Virus record (IMG/VR): IMGVR_UViG_3300006162_000016
Span: 1-55,624 of that record
Direction: 5' to 3' (one strand)
From: a virus
Taxonomy: Duplodnaviria; Caudoviricetes
DNA: 55,624 nt
A program made the translations under genes and the position numbers. Shown piece by piece: positions 8,515 to 18,144 of this stretch (position 1 is its first letter; each line of letters opens with the position of its first letter). The notes beneath the pieces were generated by a model. The model searched no databases, was not told the DNA's origin, and saw only the letters and a program-made list of their open reading frames with translations.

Positions 8515-9692
8515 TGCCTATTCAAACCGTTGTCGAAACGCCACACGTCCCAGTGAAGGTCTGGTCACAGGATGTGGAAGCTGAGGCTTTAAAACAGCTT
8601 GAGAACACCGCCCGTTTACCGTTCGTCTTTAAACATGTAGCGGCAATGCCGGATGTTCATGTAGGACGAGGCGCGACAATTGGCTCAGTCATTGCTACCA
8701 AAGGTGCAGTGATTCCAGCGGCAGTGGGTGTTGATATCGGATGTGGTATGATGGCTGTGAAGACAAACTTAATCGCCGCACAAGTTGCGGAGAAGATTGC
8801 GGAGATTAGGCATAGCATCGAGAGGTCTATCCCAGTAGGCTTCAATGCCAATAAATCACTCAGTCAAGAAGTCCAGAATTGGACTGGATGGGTTGATGGA
8901 TGGATTGTTGAAGCTCATCCGGTGGCTGTCATTCAAAAGAGTGCAGCTCAGCTCGGTTCACTTGGTGGCGGGAATCATTTCATTGAAATCTGTTTGGACA
9001 AAGAAAATAATGTGTGGATCATGTTGCACTCAGGCTCACGCAACATTGGTAAGGTGTTGGCGGAGAAACACATTGATAAAGCCAAAGGTCTGATGAAGCA
9101 GATGTTTATCGGCTTGCCTGATCGCGACTTGGCGTACTTTGCACAAGGAACGCCTGAATTCAACGCATATACGTCCGATGTGCGTTGGGCTCAGTCGTAT
9201 GCCATGTTCAACCGTCAAGAGATGATGAGACGGATTCTTAAAGACCTTGGCTTCATGTTCAATGGCGGGATGCCAATAGAACCAGTATTCTCAGTAAACT
9301 GTCATCACAATTACTTGGAGTGGGAGCATCATTATGGAGAGAACGTTATTGTCACGCGCAAAGGAGCAGTACGCGCTAGAGAAGGAGACATGGGAATTAT
9401 TCCGGGCTCTATGGGCACACGGTCCTACATCGTGCGAGGCCGAGGTAATCCTGAGTCATTCAATTCCTGTTCACATGGGGCAGGTCGTCGTATGTCGAGG
9501 ACGAAGGCAAGGGCTACATTCACTGTGGAGGATTTGGCAAAACAAACAGAAGGGGTCGAATGTCGCAAAGATATTGGGATTGTGGATGAGATTCCGGGCG
9601 CGTATAAAGACATTGATGTGGTGATGGCAAATCAAACAGACTTGGTTGAAATCGTAGCTGAGCTCAAGCAAATTTGTTGCATCAAAGGATAG
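8514..9692 (+). CDS. rtcB: RtcB RNA 2',3'-cyclic phosphate/3'-phosphate ligase
   Basis: MPDVH.G.G, VGVDIGCGM, GGGNHF, HSGSR, HHNY, PGSMG, SHGAGR. Confidence 0.97.
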   Translation: MPIQTVVETPHVPVKVWSQDVEAEALKQLENTARLPFVFKHVAAMPDVHVGRGATIGSVIATKGAVIPAAVGVDIGCGMMAVKTNLIAAQVAEKIAEIRHSIERSIPVGFNANKSLSQEVQNWTGWVDGWIVEAHPVAVIQKSAAQLGSLGGGNHFIEICLDKENNVWIMLHSGSRNIGKVLAEKHIDKAKGLMKQMFIGLPDRDLAYFAQGTPEFNAYTSDVRWAQSYAMFNRQEMMRRILKDLGFMFNGGMPIEPVFSVNCHHNYLEWEHHYGENVIVTRKGAVRAREGDMGIIPGSMGTRSYIVRGRGNPESFNSCSHGAGRRMSRTKARATFTVEDLAKQTEGVECRKDIGIVDEIPGAYKDIDVVMANQTDLVEIVAELKQICCIKG

Positions 9693-9693
9693 A

Positions 9694-9783
9694 TGATGAA
9701 CTATGAGGCAGTAGTTCGTGTAGCCGTTGAGTGTGCAGGGATCACCGTCGTGGTTGTGATGTTGCTCGTTTCATTATTGTAGA
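9694..9783 (+). CDS. 29-aa hydrophobic peptide
   Basis: MMNYEAVVRVAVECAGITVVVVMLLVSLL, immediately after rtcB stop. Confidence 0.4.
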
Positions 9784-9785
9784 AT

Positions 9786-9887
9786 TTGTCGTAACTCAAA
9801 GAATCGAGAGCCGAAGACAATAAGGGCCGCGAACACGAGGTATTGCCTCAGTAGCGGAAAGCTGGTGTAAGTCCAGCACGACAGTCA
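9786..9887 (+). ncRNA. aberrant tRNA-like RNA
   Basis: TGTCGT/ACGACA closing stem, D-like arm, T-like arm GCTGG-TGTAAGT-CCAGC, oversized middle arms. Confidence 0.55.
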
Positions 9888-9893
9888 ATTAAG

Positions 9894-10003
9894 GCTCACA
9901 CCTAGCAAATCACATAAGAGCTAGGGAGTGTATGGGCAGGCTACCTCAGTTGAGCTTCGTAGCCACACCGGGCTTTGGAGTGGGGATTCCCGCTCGGCCC
10001 GGT
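9894..10003 (+). ncRNA. three consecutive hairpins, candidate structured RNA or leader
   Basis: CTAGC/GCTAG, GGCTAC/GTAGCC, ACCGGGC..GAGTGGG/CCCGCTC..GCCCGGT. Confidence 0.45.
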
Positions 10004-10037
10004 CTATTTGAAGGACTATTAAACTAGGAGGACGTAA

Positions 10038-10517
10038 ATGGCTAATAAGCCCACAGTCGTAGAAAACATTCAGGTGCTTCAAGTTGGTAAGTATGGTGTT
10101 CGCGTCGATGAAAAAACTTGGTTCGGAGTCAATGAGCCACTTACGCCCTCTCACTTTGTGCCGAATGAAGGTTACAAAGTTTCTGTGGTCGTGAGCAAGA
10201 CAGGTAAGAAGTATATCAATGAAATCCTTGGTACCGAAGTTGCACAGGAAGCCGCGCCTGCCAAAGCAGCAACGCCAGCTCCTGCCCCGACTCCGGCACC
10301 TGCCCCTAAAGCTGCAGCGCCAGCCGCTGATGCTACGCGTGCTGAGCACTACACTCCGAAGCTCGATGAGAAGAGCATTCAGATTCAGCGACAGGGATTG
10401 TATCAAGCCGCGCTTCAAAGTCCGGCCATTGCTCAATGGGCTGTGAACATTGACGAATATCTGGCTTTGGTTCGTAAAGTGGCTGATGCGGGTATCAAAT
10501 ATGTCGCAGAGCGCTAA
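10038..10517 (+). CDS. putative ssDNA-binding/recombination accessory protein
   Basis: beta-rich N-domain, Ala/Pro linker, helical C-domain; AGGAGG RBS; precedes exonuclease. Confidence 0.4.
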   Translation: MANKPTVVENIQVLQVGKYGVRVDEKTWFGVNEPLTPSHFVPNEGYKVSVVVSKTGKKYINEILGTEVAQEAAPAKAATPAPAPTPAPAPKAAAPAADATRAEHYTPKLDEKSIQIQRQGLYQAALQSPAIAQWAVNIDEYLALVRKVADAGIKYVAER

Positions 10518-10722
10518 TCCAGTCGAGCAGCAATGCAACGCTGTGTTGGCGCAGCCCTGCCCATACAAGGCTCCCCCGCTCATGTTTATGGGCGGTCATA
10601 GTTTCTGTCCTTGTGTGTGCAGGGCCATTCGGACGGCCTACATTGGTGGGTATCGAGATGGGAAAGCCGGTACCCCGCCGGAAGTTGGCATTGAATACAT
10701 TGATGGGAAGGAGCAAGACTAA
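10501..10722 (+). CDS. small Cys-rich hypothetical protein
   Basis: ORF track, internal Met (MSQSANP); coupled to next gene. Confidence 0.5.
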   Translation: MSQSANPVEQQCNAVLAQPCPYKAPPLMFMGGHSFCPCVCRAIRTAYIGGYRDGKAGTPPEVGIEYIDGKEQD

Positions 10723-11381
10723 TGCCCCATAAGACAGTCGTTAAAGGTGGAGTTAACATACCGTCAGTCACACAGATCATCGGTTGTCTTGACAAACCGG
10801 GACTGTATAACTGGTATGGAAAATATGGAACCGAGGAGTGCAATCGGATCAAAACCGAGAGTGCTTTATTCGGGACGGCTGTCCATGATATGATCGAGCA
10901 GTATATCACAAAGATTCAGAAGCCTATTGAATTTCCTGAATCTGTGGATCAAGAAAAAGCTAGAGAGTGTGCAAAGAACTTCGCTGAATGGTATGACAAA
11001 TCTGGATTGGAGGTTATCAATGCTGAACCAGAAGATGCAGTGTATAGCAAACGATATAATTTCCAAGGCACTTGGGACTTCATCGGGCGCAAAAACGGAA
11101 TCATGCTTGCCGCAGACTGGAAAACGTCGAACCAGCTCTATGAGACGGTTGGTTTACAGCTCTCGGCTTACGCACACTTATTTGGAGAATCACAAGGGTG
11201 GGATGATGAAGAAATCTTTAAGAAAATACCTAACGGACTTGCCGTAAGAATTGATAAAAAGTCTGCCAAGGTCTACACGAAAGAGTACACAGGACTGAAG
11301 CATTACTTCGATGTCTTCAAGCACTTGATTCACGCGTATGAATTCCATACGCAGACAGGAGCATGGGACCATCGTGAATAA
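10722..11381 (+). CDS. PD-(D/E)xK exonuclease (RecB/Cas4-like)
   Basis: PSVTQII, GTAVHDMIE, GTWD, ADWKTS, LQLSAYA. Confidence 0.85.
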   Translation: MPHKTVVKGGVNIPSVTQIIGCLDKPGLYNWYGKYGTEECNRIKTESALFGTAVHDMIEQYITKIQKPIEFPESVDQEKARECAKNFAEWYDKSGLEVINAEPEDAVYSKRYNFQGTWDFIGRKNGIMLAADWKTSNQLYETVGLQLSAYAHLFGESQGWDDEEIFKKIPNGLAVRIDKKSAKVYTKEYTGLKHYFDVFKHLIHAYEFHTQTGAWDHRE

Positions 11382-11925
11382 TATTCCGTACAACGCTGTA
11401 ATGGTGGACTTGGAAACAATGAGCACGGATAGCAATGCGTCTATCATCTCGATAGGTGCAGTGAAATTCTGGCTCAATGTGAAACAGACGGAGTTCACAC
11501 AGGACCAATTGTTCTACACAGCAGTGAGTCTTGATAGCAGTCAACAAGCCGGACTTCATATCAAAGCGGATACAGTCATGTGGTGGCTCTCGCAAGAGCC
11601 GGAAGCCCGGAATGCTTTTAAGAATCCTGTTTCATTGGCAAGTGCACTCGGAGCTTTCAGCCGATTCATTCCAAACAAAGAGACATACATCTTTGGGAAC
11701 GGTGCGGCTTATGATAACGTGGTGCTTCACAATGCGTACAAAGCTATCAATCAGAAATATCCAGTCAGCTACAAATATGATGTTTGCTATCGGACCATGT
11801 GCAAGTTGTCCAATACACCTGTGCCGGCCTTTGAAGGAACGAAGCATAATGCCTTGGATGACGCGAAAGCACAGACACGTCATTTGATGCAGATTCTAGA
11901 AACGATTCCGTGGGTGAAATTTTAG
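11374..11925 (+). CDS. DEDDh 3'-5' exo(ribo)nuclease, Rv2179c/exoVIII N-domain-like
   Basis: MVDLET, IISIGAV, TVMWW, GNGAAYD, HNALDDA; start uncertain (11374 or 11401). Confidence 0.85.
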   Translation: MNNIPYNAVMVDLETMSTDSNASIISIGAVKFWLNVKQTEFTQDQLFYTAVSLDSSQQAGLHIKADTVMWWLSQEPEARNAFKNPVSLASALGAFSRFIPNKETYIFGNGAAYDNVVLHNAYKAINQKYPVSYKYDVCYRTMCKLSNTPVPAFEGTKHNALDDAKAQTRHLMQILETIPWVKF

Positions 11926-11928
11926 ACC

Positions 11929-11957
11929 TTGACAAAGTAGTATTATTCTGTTATACT
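11929..11957 (+). promoter_or_regulatory. strong sigma70 promoter P5, extended -10
   Basis: TTGACA, 17 nt, TGt-TATACT, before primase-helicase. Confidence 0.85.
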
Positions 11958-11972
11958 TAAAAGGAACAATAA

Positions 11973-13790
11973 ATGGAGTCAATTTTGGAACCACAAATTC
12001 GTAACTTATATCGTATCCTCGGACATGCCGAAGGAGACGGTTTCAGTGACGTGCGTTGTATATTAGCAGATGGGCCGCTTCTGGAAGAGGCTATTGAGAA
12101 ATTCAAGACTTCTCACGGTGGGCGTGCCCCAGACGATGAAGAAACGAAGCGGATCAAAGTTGTAAACCGCTCGATCATCAAAGGAGAGCAAAATGTCGTC
12201 GAATGGGCCAAAAAATATAATGGGCGTGGAAATTGTTATATTGGACGGTCGGCCCGGAAGTCCGATGGTACCTTGCTCGAATTTAGAACGATCACTGCAG
12301 ATATTGACCCTAATCGAGAAAGAGGTACGGCGGCCACAGCCGAATTGTCTGCCAGAGCTATACAAGCGGCTAGGAGAGTACTGCAGCATTATCCGGGGGG
12401 CTACCTTGCCGCCAGTGGCAACGGTGCCCTTATTGTATACCGATTGCCGAGTCCTATTACGACAGATTTTAAAGCCTTTGAACAACGCTTTCGCGCTTTT
12501 GAAGAAGAAATGCGTAAAGTTCATGGGGAAGGAGTAACCCTTGACGCTACGTTTGACACTGCACGAATGGTTAAGCTTTTGGGCACAATTTCAACCAAAG
12601 GTGATAGAGCTCAATGGCGTCACGCCAGATTCCTTGACTTTCCTGTTGTGCCCTACGCTAAGAATGACATTTTGGAGCGAATTAATTCTTGTGGGCCAGT
12701 GGCTAAGGCAGGAGAATCCAAATCCTTTAAAAATACAGTCTACGCGTCTCGGTCTGAATCAGATTTCGCGCTGGCAGTTCACTATAAGAAAGCGGGACTT
12801 AGCAAAGAAGATGCCCTTGCCGCTCTTAAGACACATGCGCTCGGCAGAAATGACAGAGTGGACGACCACATCAGGATCGTTGAAAAAGTCTTTGACCAAG
12901 GCCAAGAAACTCTTAGCCCTACAAATCAAACAGAGCTCGAATATTCCGTACCGGGAGATAAACTCGATGAACATAAAAAACGATTGCTTGAAAGGAAAAA
13001 CTTCACCAAACCAGAAATGTCCATCGGCTTGTCCGTCATTGATAGGCACACATGGGGTTTGCGCCGGGGAGAAATCTTCACAGTTGCCGCTCGACCGGGA
13101 ATTGGAAAAACTTCGATTGCTGTCTCAATCGCTGCAAGAATGGCAAGAGAAGGCAAGAGAGTATTATTCTTCACTTCCGAAATGTCTGTTGACTCAACCT
13201 ACGATAGACTCTTACAAGTTCTATCAGGGATATCAGGTGATAAGTTCACAACTGGCCATTTTACGGATGAGGACCGAATCCGACTTGACGACGCTTACCG
13301 GGAACTTAAGGGATTTGGAGAACGACTTGCTCTCTGTGATGCGTGCAGTCCCGACATCGTACAAGTCAAACGTGTTGCCACAAAAGTAGCACCGGACTTA
13401 TTGATCTATGACCACATCCAGCACATTGGAGGAGAATCAGATGGAGCCAAAGCGAATGTTTCTAAATTCGTCAGAGGACTTAAGGACATTGCAAGAGAGC
13501 TCAATTGTGCTATTCTTGCGCTTAGTCAGATTAGGCGCCTTTTTAAAGACACAAAGACTGGGAAAGAAATCCGCCCAACGCTCAGCGATCTTAAAGAGAG
13601 TGGAACGATTGAAGAAGAGAGTGGAGCAGTGCTTCTCCTCAGCATATTGTCAGAGGAACCCGACAGTCCTATTAGATGTCTTTATTCTGAGCTTGCCAAA
13701 AACAGGTACGGCCCTATTACAGTCGTAGGCGTGGAATTCGATAAGTTCACTGCACACTTCAAGGATTTGGAGGCAGCAGACCTTGTATGA
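11973..13790 (+). CDS. primase-helicase (AEP-like N-domain plus DnaB/SF4 helicase)
   Basis: DID and SGNG primase-like motifs; AARPGIGKT, TSEM, IYDHIQ, LSQ, DLKESG, AKNRYG. Confidence 0.9.
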   Translation: MESILEPQIRNLYRILGHAEGDGFSDVRCILADGPLLEEAIEKFKTSHGGRAPDDEETKRIKVVNRSIIKGEQNVVEWAKKYNGRGNCYIGRSARKSDGTLLEFRTITADIDPNRERGTAATAELSARAIQAARRVLQHYPGGYLAASGNGALIVYRLPSPITTDFKAFEQRFRAFEEEMRKVHGEGVTLDATFDTARMVKLLGTISTKGDRAQWRHARFLDFPVVPYAKNDILERINSCGPVAKAGESKSFKNTVYASRSESDFALAVHYKKAGLSKEDALAALKTHALGRNDRVDDHIRIVEKVFDQGQETLSPTNQTELEYSVPGDKLDEHKKRLLERKNFTKPEMSIGLSVIDRHTWGLRRGEIFTVAARPGIGKTSIAVSIAARMAREGKRVLFFTSEMSVDSTYDRLLQVLSGISGDKFTTGHFTDEDRIRLDDAYRELKGFGERLALCDACSPDIVQVKRVATKVAPDLLIYDHIQHIGGESDGAKANVSKFVRGLKDIARELNCAILALSQIRRLFKDTKTGKEIRPTLSDLKESGTIEEESGAVLLLSILSEEPDSPIRCLYSELAKNRYGPITVVGVEFDKFTAHFKDLEAADLV

Positions 13791-14056
13791 TAAAATATAT
13801 TCACATTGACTATCGGAAGCCTCGGACAAAAGAAGAAAAGAGTGTGTATGCGATTTCTCATGTGGAAACGAATACAGCTAATATGTTCATCAATGTGGAT
13901 ATGCACAGAAAGAGTAAAAACTTGTCAGACACCTTCTTTCACGAAATGGCTCATGTGTTCTTAGCCTTTCATGGCAAAGATGGACAAATGACAGACGCCA
14001 AAGAGGAGAAATTGGCGAAAGAAGTAGAGCGCATCTGCGCGGAGGCTTTAAAATGA
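13787..14056 (+). CDS. small HExxH zinc metallopeptidase-like protein
   Basis: DTFFHEMAHVF...EE. Confidence 0.65.
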   Translation: MIKYIHIDYRKPRTKEEKSVYAISHVETNTANMFINVDMHRKSKNLSDTFFHEMAHVFLAFHGKDGQMTDAKEEKLAKEVERICAEALK

Positions 14057-14583
14057 TTTCAATTTATACGTGTCAACGGATGACAGGCCGCTTCATGGAT
14101 GAAATGGTCAATGAAGCCAAAGTGCTTGTGAGAATGGGGGAATTACGAGGATTTAAGATTCTAAATCCCGTCTTGGAAGAAAAGGTGCCGTCCATCCATG
14201 AAATTCTTCCCCTCACCATTCAGCACACTTTAGAAGAGTATTGGCGCCGGGATAAGGAGATGATTCGAGAGGATGACGTGACTCTCGACTATCACACTCA
14301 GAATATGTCTGACGGCTCTGTAAATGAGGTCGGATACTCTCGATGGTGCCTGTGGAAGCCTACCGTTCGTGTATGGTCTGGTAAAGGTGGACTGATTAGC
14401 CGAGTTGAGGACGATCTAGTGGTGGGCTCTCTTGAGATGGCCTTTGACATCATTCAAGAGCGCTGGGGCACTTATGAGAAGCTGGCCAAGTGGCGCACAG
14501 AGATGCTTGAGAAGAGTTATCCCAAATGGTTGGAATATCAGCGCAGTCTGCAGAAGCGTTATGGGATGAAGGAGATCATCTAA
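14053..14583 (+). CDS. nucleoside 2-deoxyribosyltransferase-like / nucleotide N-glycosidase
   Basis: IY...MTG, ILNP, RDKEMI..D, S.GS..EVGY, KP. Confidence 0.65.
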   Translation: MISIYTCQRMTGRFMDEMVNEAKVLVRMGELRGFKILNPVLEEKVPSIHEILPLTIQHTLEEYWRRDKEMIREDDVTLDYHTQNMSDGSVNEVGYSRWCLWKPTVRVWSGKGGLISRVEDDLVVGSLEMAFDIIQERWGTYEKLAKWRTEMLEKSYPKWLEYQRSLQKRYGMKEII

Positions 14584-14858
14584 TGCCATTCGTGACGCAA
14601 GACCATCGTGCAGCACCGGATGAGTCAATTCCGGGTGATCTCTGCTACATCTACTATAAATATCTCACAGACGAATGGAAGAAAGAGCCTCGCTGGACGA
14701 CGGCTCATAATCTGTTCAAGAAAATGGTGTTTGAGGACTTCTCAAAGCCATTAAGTCAGGATCATATTTGTGCGATGCAGTTGGCATGGCAAGTTTTCAT
14801 GGCCAAATATGTCATGAAATATGAAGATATCAAGGAGGCTGAAAATGGCACTATATGA
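14583..14858 (+). CDS. conserved phage hypothetical protein
   Basis: PGDLCY...YEDIKEAENG pattern; TAATG coupling at 14583. Confidence 0.6.
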   Translation: MPFVTQDHRAAPDESIPGDLCYIYYKYLTDEWKKEPRWTTAHNLFKKMVFEDFSKPLSQDHICAMQLAWQVFMAKYVMKYEDIKEAENGTI

Positions 14859-15039
14859 CCGATTGAATGACCAATGTGGAGCACTTCCGCCACCGAATCC
14901 TGAAGTATTTCGTGTTATCGACGATGGAGACTGTGTTCTAACGACTTTGGACCCTTATAAAGCTCTCAAGGCAATACAAGAGGTCATGGAGAAGCACGAT
15001 ATCACTGCGTGTTGGGTTGACTTCGAGACATTGCGATGA
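14845..15039 (+). CDS. hypothetical protein
   Basis: AAGGAGG before ATG at 14845. Confidence 0.55.
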   Translation: MALYDRLNDQCGALPPPNPEVFRVIDDGDCVLTTLDPYKALKAIQEVMEKHDITACWVDFETLR

Positions 15040-15135
15040 AAGCAGAGGATTTAAAGGCTATGGACCCATTTCACTGTAATCTTCTCCTTATTTTAGATAG
15101 GATTGCACGATCACTCGAAAAACTGGTGGAGCTCG

Positions 15136-15624
15136 ATGAAGAACGTTAATTGGCATTCGCTGTATTACGACAATGTGCCGGGATTTTTGACGCGATACTC
15201 ACCTCCCGGCGGAAGTTACAATTACGCTTATTATCTGATCCATCCATGGCGCTATGGGATTGATCTATTCGATAATGCCAAATGGTTCATTCAGCGAGGA
15301 CATAGAGGGTATGCAGATTGCGATGTGTGGAGCATAGACTGGCATTTGACGGAATACATGCCCAAAGCACTTCGAGATTTGAGAGATCAGGTCCATGGGA
15401 CGCCATTGATTGACACTGGCCGGCCTTGTGACTTCGAGAATCCCGATACATTGACTATGGACGAGTGGAAAGCAACAATTGAACGACTGGCACAGACTTT
15501 TGAAGAAGCCCGGAAGCTTCAAGAGATGGAATATGACACTTTGGTGGACATCAAGGCGGCTCAGGAACGTGTTCGGAAGGGTTTAGACATGTTCAACGAG
15601 TATTTCTTTAATCTCTGGGACTAA
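15136..15624 (+). CDS. conserved phage hypothetical protein
   Basis: WFIQRG.RGY.D.DVWS.D...FNEYFFNLWD pattern. Confidence 0.65.
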   Translation: MKNVNWHSLYYDNVPGFLTRYSPPGGSYNYAYYLIHPWRYGIDLFDNAKWFIQRGHRGYADCDVWSIDWHLTEYMPKALRDLRDQVHGTPLIDTGRPCDFENPDTLTMDEWKATIERLAQTFEEARKLQEMEYDTLVDIKAAQERVRKGLDMFNEYFFNLWD

Positions 15625-15726
15625 GGAGAAATTATGAGCACAGAAGTGTGTGAAATCATTAAATTGATCATCGTGTGCATCACTGGCTACTGTGTGATGA
15701 GATTATTTGTGAGGCGGGAGAACTAA

Positions 15727-15927
15727 ATGCTTAGAGTTTTCCGATATGACGGAAAAGAGATGTTTATCAACCCTGATAATATCCTTTTTGTTGAGCTGAT
15801 GGACAAATATACGAGTGTGACGATGGTGGATGGAAAATCACATTCGTTTTCAGAGACTTCATATGAGATTTTGACGGGAAGAAATACGCAGCGTGGACCG
15901 GGTAGAGCTGGATTTGACGTAATATGA
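15727..15927 (+). CDS. small hypothetical protein (FlbD-like pattern)
   Basis: DGKEMFINPDNILFVE...T..T...G; GGGAG RBS. Confidence 0.5.
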   Translation: MLRVFRYDGKEMFINPDNILFVELMDKYTSVTMVDGKSHSFSETSYEILTGRNTQRGPGRAGFDVI

Positions 15928-16331
15928 ATGAATTGGAGGGAATTGCAATTATGCCAACGTTCGTAAGCACTGATGACACGAATCCGAAAGACAAAATAGG
16001 GGCCAAGAAACCCCGGCTATCTCTTGTGCCGCCGTCAGGCCTCGTTTATGCAGCTCTGGCTATGGCAAATGGCGCCGATAAGTATGGACCGTACAACTGG
16101 CGTGAAAAGAAGGTTCAGGCTATGATTTATCTGGAAGCTTGTCAACGACATCTGCTATCATGGCAGGATGGTGAAGAGAATGCCTCAGATAGTGGTGTGT
16201 CACACTTAGGTCATGCGATTGCATGTCTTTTGATTCTCATTGATGCAAAAGAGACTGGACAACTTATCGACAATCGACCGAAGGCTGGCGCTATGGCCTC
16301 GCTAATTGAACGCTTCACGAAAAAGGGATAA
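15924..16331 (+). CDS. DUF5664 / dATP-dGTP diphosphohydrolase-like protein
   Basis: KPRLSLVP, GADKYGPYNW, RHL..W..GE...DSG..HL.HA. Confidence 0.8.
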   Translation: MNELEGIAIMPTFVSTDDTNPKDKIGAKKPRLSLVPPSGLVYAALAMANGADKYGPYNWREKKVQAMIYLEACQRHLLSWQDGEENASDSGVSHLGHAIACLLILIDAKETGQLIDNRPKAGAMASLIERFTKKG

Positions 16332-16332
16332 A

Positions 16333-18144
16333 ATGGTTGAAACACTCGTAACACCCGCGCAGTTTGACTTTGGACCTTCAAAATTCGGGGTTGAACTGCG
16401 CGTCAACCCAGAAGGAGTCCCAAATGGCACAACCGCAGTCGTGGATGTCGAAACTGATGAAGATGGTAATTTCGTTGGTATCGGGATTATGTGCGATTCC
16501 GTTTCTGTTAGCTACTATTCTGAGTTGCGTCCTGACGTTTGTACTTTTCTTTCTAACGCTAACCTTATTGGCCATAACCTTAAGTTTGATGCGCGTCAAT
16601 TACACAGTTGGGGTGTGACAATCCATCCATCTCATCTGGTGCATGATACGATGCTCAAATCCTATGTGCGGAATAGCACAAAAGAGAGTCATGGTCTTAA
16701 AGAGCTGGCAAAAGAGTATTTAGGGATGGAATGGCCATCCTACAAAGATATGGTTGGAGAAGGCCGCGCTAAGATCACTCTCGATAAACAAGAAATTGAG
16801 AAAGTGGCCGCATACTGTGGAGATGACTGTGTAGCCACATTCCGATTGAACCAGTATTTTGACAAAACGATGAACACGGCGCACAAAGGCTACTACAACA
16901 TGATTGAGTTGCCGACGATGCAACTCCTTTTTGCAATGGAGCTCCGGGGCGTTACCGTCGATGTTGAATATCTCAAAGAGTTAAAAGGAGAAATGAGTGA
17001 TGAGGCTGCGACTTTATTGTTGGACCTTCGTGCTCTTGTGGCGGATAGAAACTATGTTATCAAGTGTAAGAAAAGCTGTCCTAAAAAAGCTCATACACAC
17101 GAGTTTAATCCCGCAAGTCCTGTTCAGGTAAAAGAAGCTTTGAATGCGTTTGGCTATCAACTGCAGAACGCTGATAAAGCAGCTTTGGAGCCATATCGTA
17201 GTGATGAGTTTGTGAATCTGCTTCTAGAGTACCGCAAGATCAATAAAGTGGTTGGTACGTTCCTTGAGGCATGGCTGGCATTGCCTACGATGCCCAAGAT
17301 TCATACAACCTTCAGTCAAGTGTCTCTGGATGAGCAGTCAGGTGAATGGAAGGGGATTCGGACGGGCCGGCTCTCGTCAAAGGAGCCGAATCTGCAGCAG
17401 ATCAGTAAAGCCGGAGATGCGGAAGAGGAAACGACAGGCAAAGCGCTACGCTCAGGCTTCATTGCCAGTGAAGGTAAGGATTTAGTCGTATTCGACTTCG
17501 ATCAGATGCAATATCGTATTTTGGCGCATTACACAAAGGAACCTGTGCTCCTGAATGCCTTCAGAAATGGTAAGGATGTCCATGAAGAGACGGCTAAGCT
17601 GATTCTTGGCAGAGACACAATTACGAAGAATGAAAGAAGCCTCGGAAAAGGCTTAAACTTCGCCGCTGTGTTCGGTTCGATGCCTGAGAAGATTGCCTCT
17701 ATCGCTAAATGCAGCTTGGAAGACGCTGAAAAGTTCTACAAGCTCTATTGGCAGAGGTTGCCGGGCGTGACTCGGTGGATTTTTCGCACAAAGAATCTCG
17801 CGCATGTCCACAAGAGTGTGAAAACGATACTTGGACGCATTATCCCGTTGCCGGATATTGACAGTCGGAATATCTATGACCGGATGCACGCAGAACGGAC
17901 AGCTGTGAATTATATCATTCAAGGAAGTGAAGCTGATATCATCAAACTTGGGATGTTGAACGTGACGGCAAAAGGGTATATGCCAATTCTTCAGGTGCAC
18001 GATGAATTGCACTTTGAGGTTGAACCCGCCAAAGTTCCCGCTGCAATGGCGGAATTGAAAAGCATCTTGGAGAACATTGTGAAATTAGACGTACCACTGA
18101 CGGCGAATGGCGGTACAGGCCACTCGTGGTTCGAGGCTAAATAA
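16333..18144 (+). CDS. polA: family A DNA polymerase with 3'-5' exonuclease
   Basis: DVET, HNLKFD, DTM, TGRLSSKEPNLQ, motif A DFDQMQYR, motif B K.LNF...FG, QGSEADIIK, QVHDEL. Confidence 0.95.
   Translation: MVETLVTPAQFDFGPSKFGVELRVNPEGVPNGTTAVVDVETDEDGNFVGIGIMCDSVSVSYYSELRPDVCTFLSNANLIGHNLKFDARQLHSWGVTIHPSHLVHDTMLKSYVRNSTKESHGLKELAKEYLGMEWPSYKDMVGEGRAKITLDKQEIEKVAAYCGDDCVATFRLNQYFDKTMNTAHKGYYNMIELPTMQLLFAMELRGVTVDVEYLKELKGEMSDEAATLLLDLRALVADRNYVIKCKKSCPKKAHTHEFNPASPVQVKEALNAFGYQLQNADKAALEPYRSDEFVNLLLEYRKINKVVGTFLEAWLALPTMPKIHTTFSQVSLDEQSGEWKGIRTGRLSSKEPNLQQISKAGDAEEETTGKALRSGFIASEGKDLVVFDFDQMQYRILAHYTKEPVLLNAFRNGKDVHEETAKLILGRDTITKNERSLGKGLNFAAVFGSMPEKIASIAKCSLEDAEKFYKLYWQRLPGVTRWIFRTKNLAHVHKSVKTILGRIIPLPDIDSRNIYDRMHAERTAVNYIIQGSEADIIKLGMLNVTAKGYMPILQVHDELHFEVEPAKVPAAMAELKSILENIVKLDVPLTANGGTGHSWFEAK

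Noticed and set aside
10722-11381. Cas4 / CRISPR system
   Set aside because: No repeat-spacer array or other cas genes; lacks the Fe-S cysteines
15924-18144. Z-base (2-aminoadenine) genome
   Set aside because: DUF5664 is present but no PurZ was recognised
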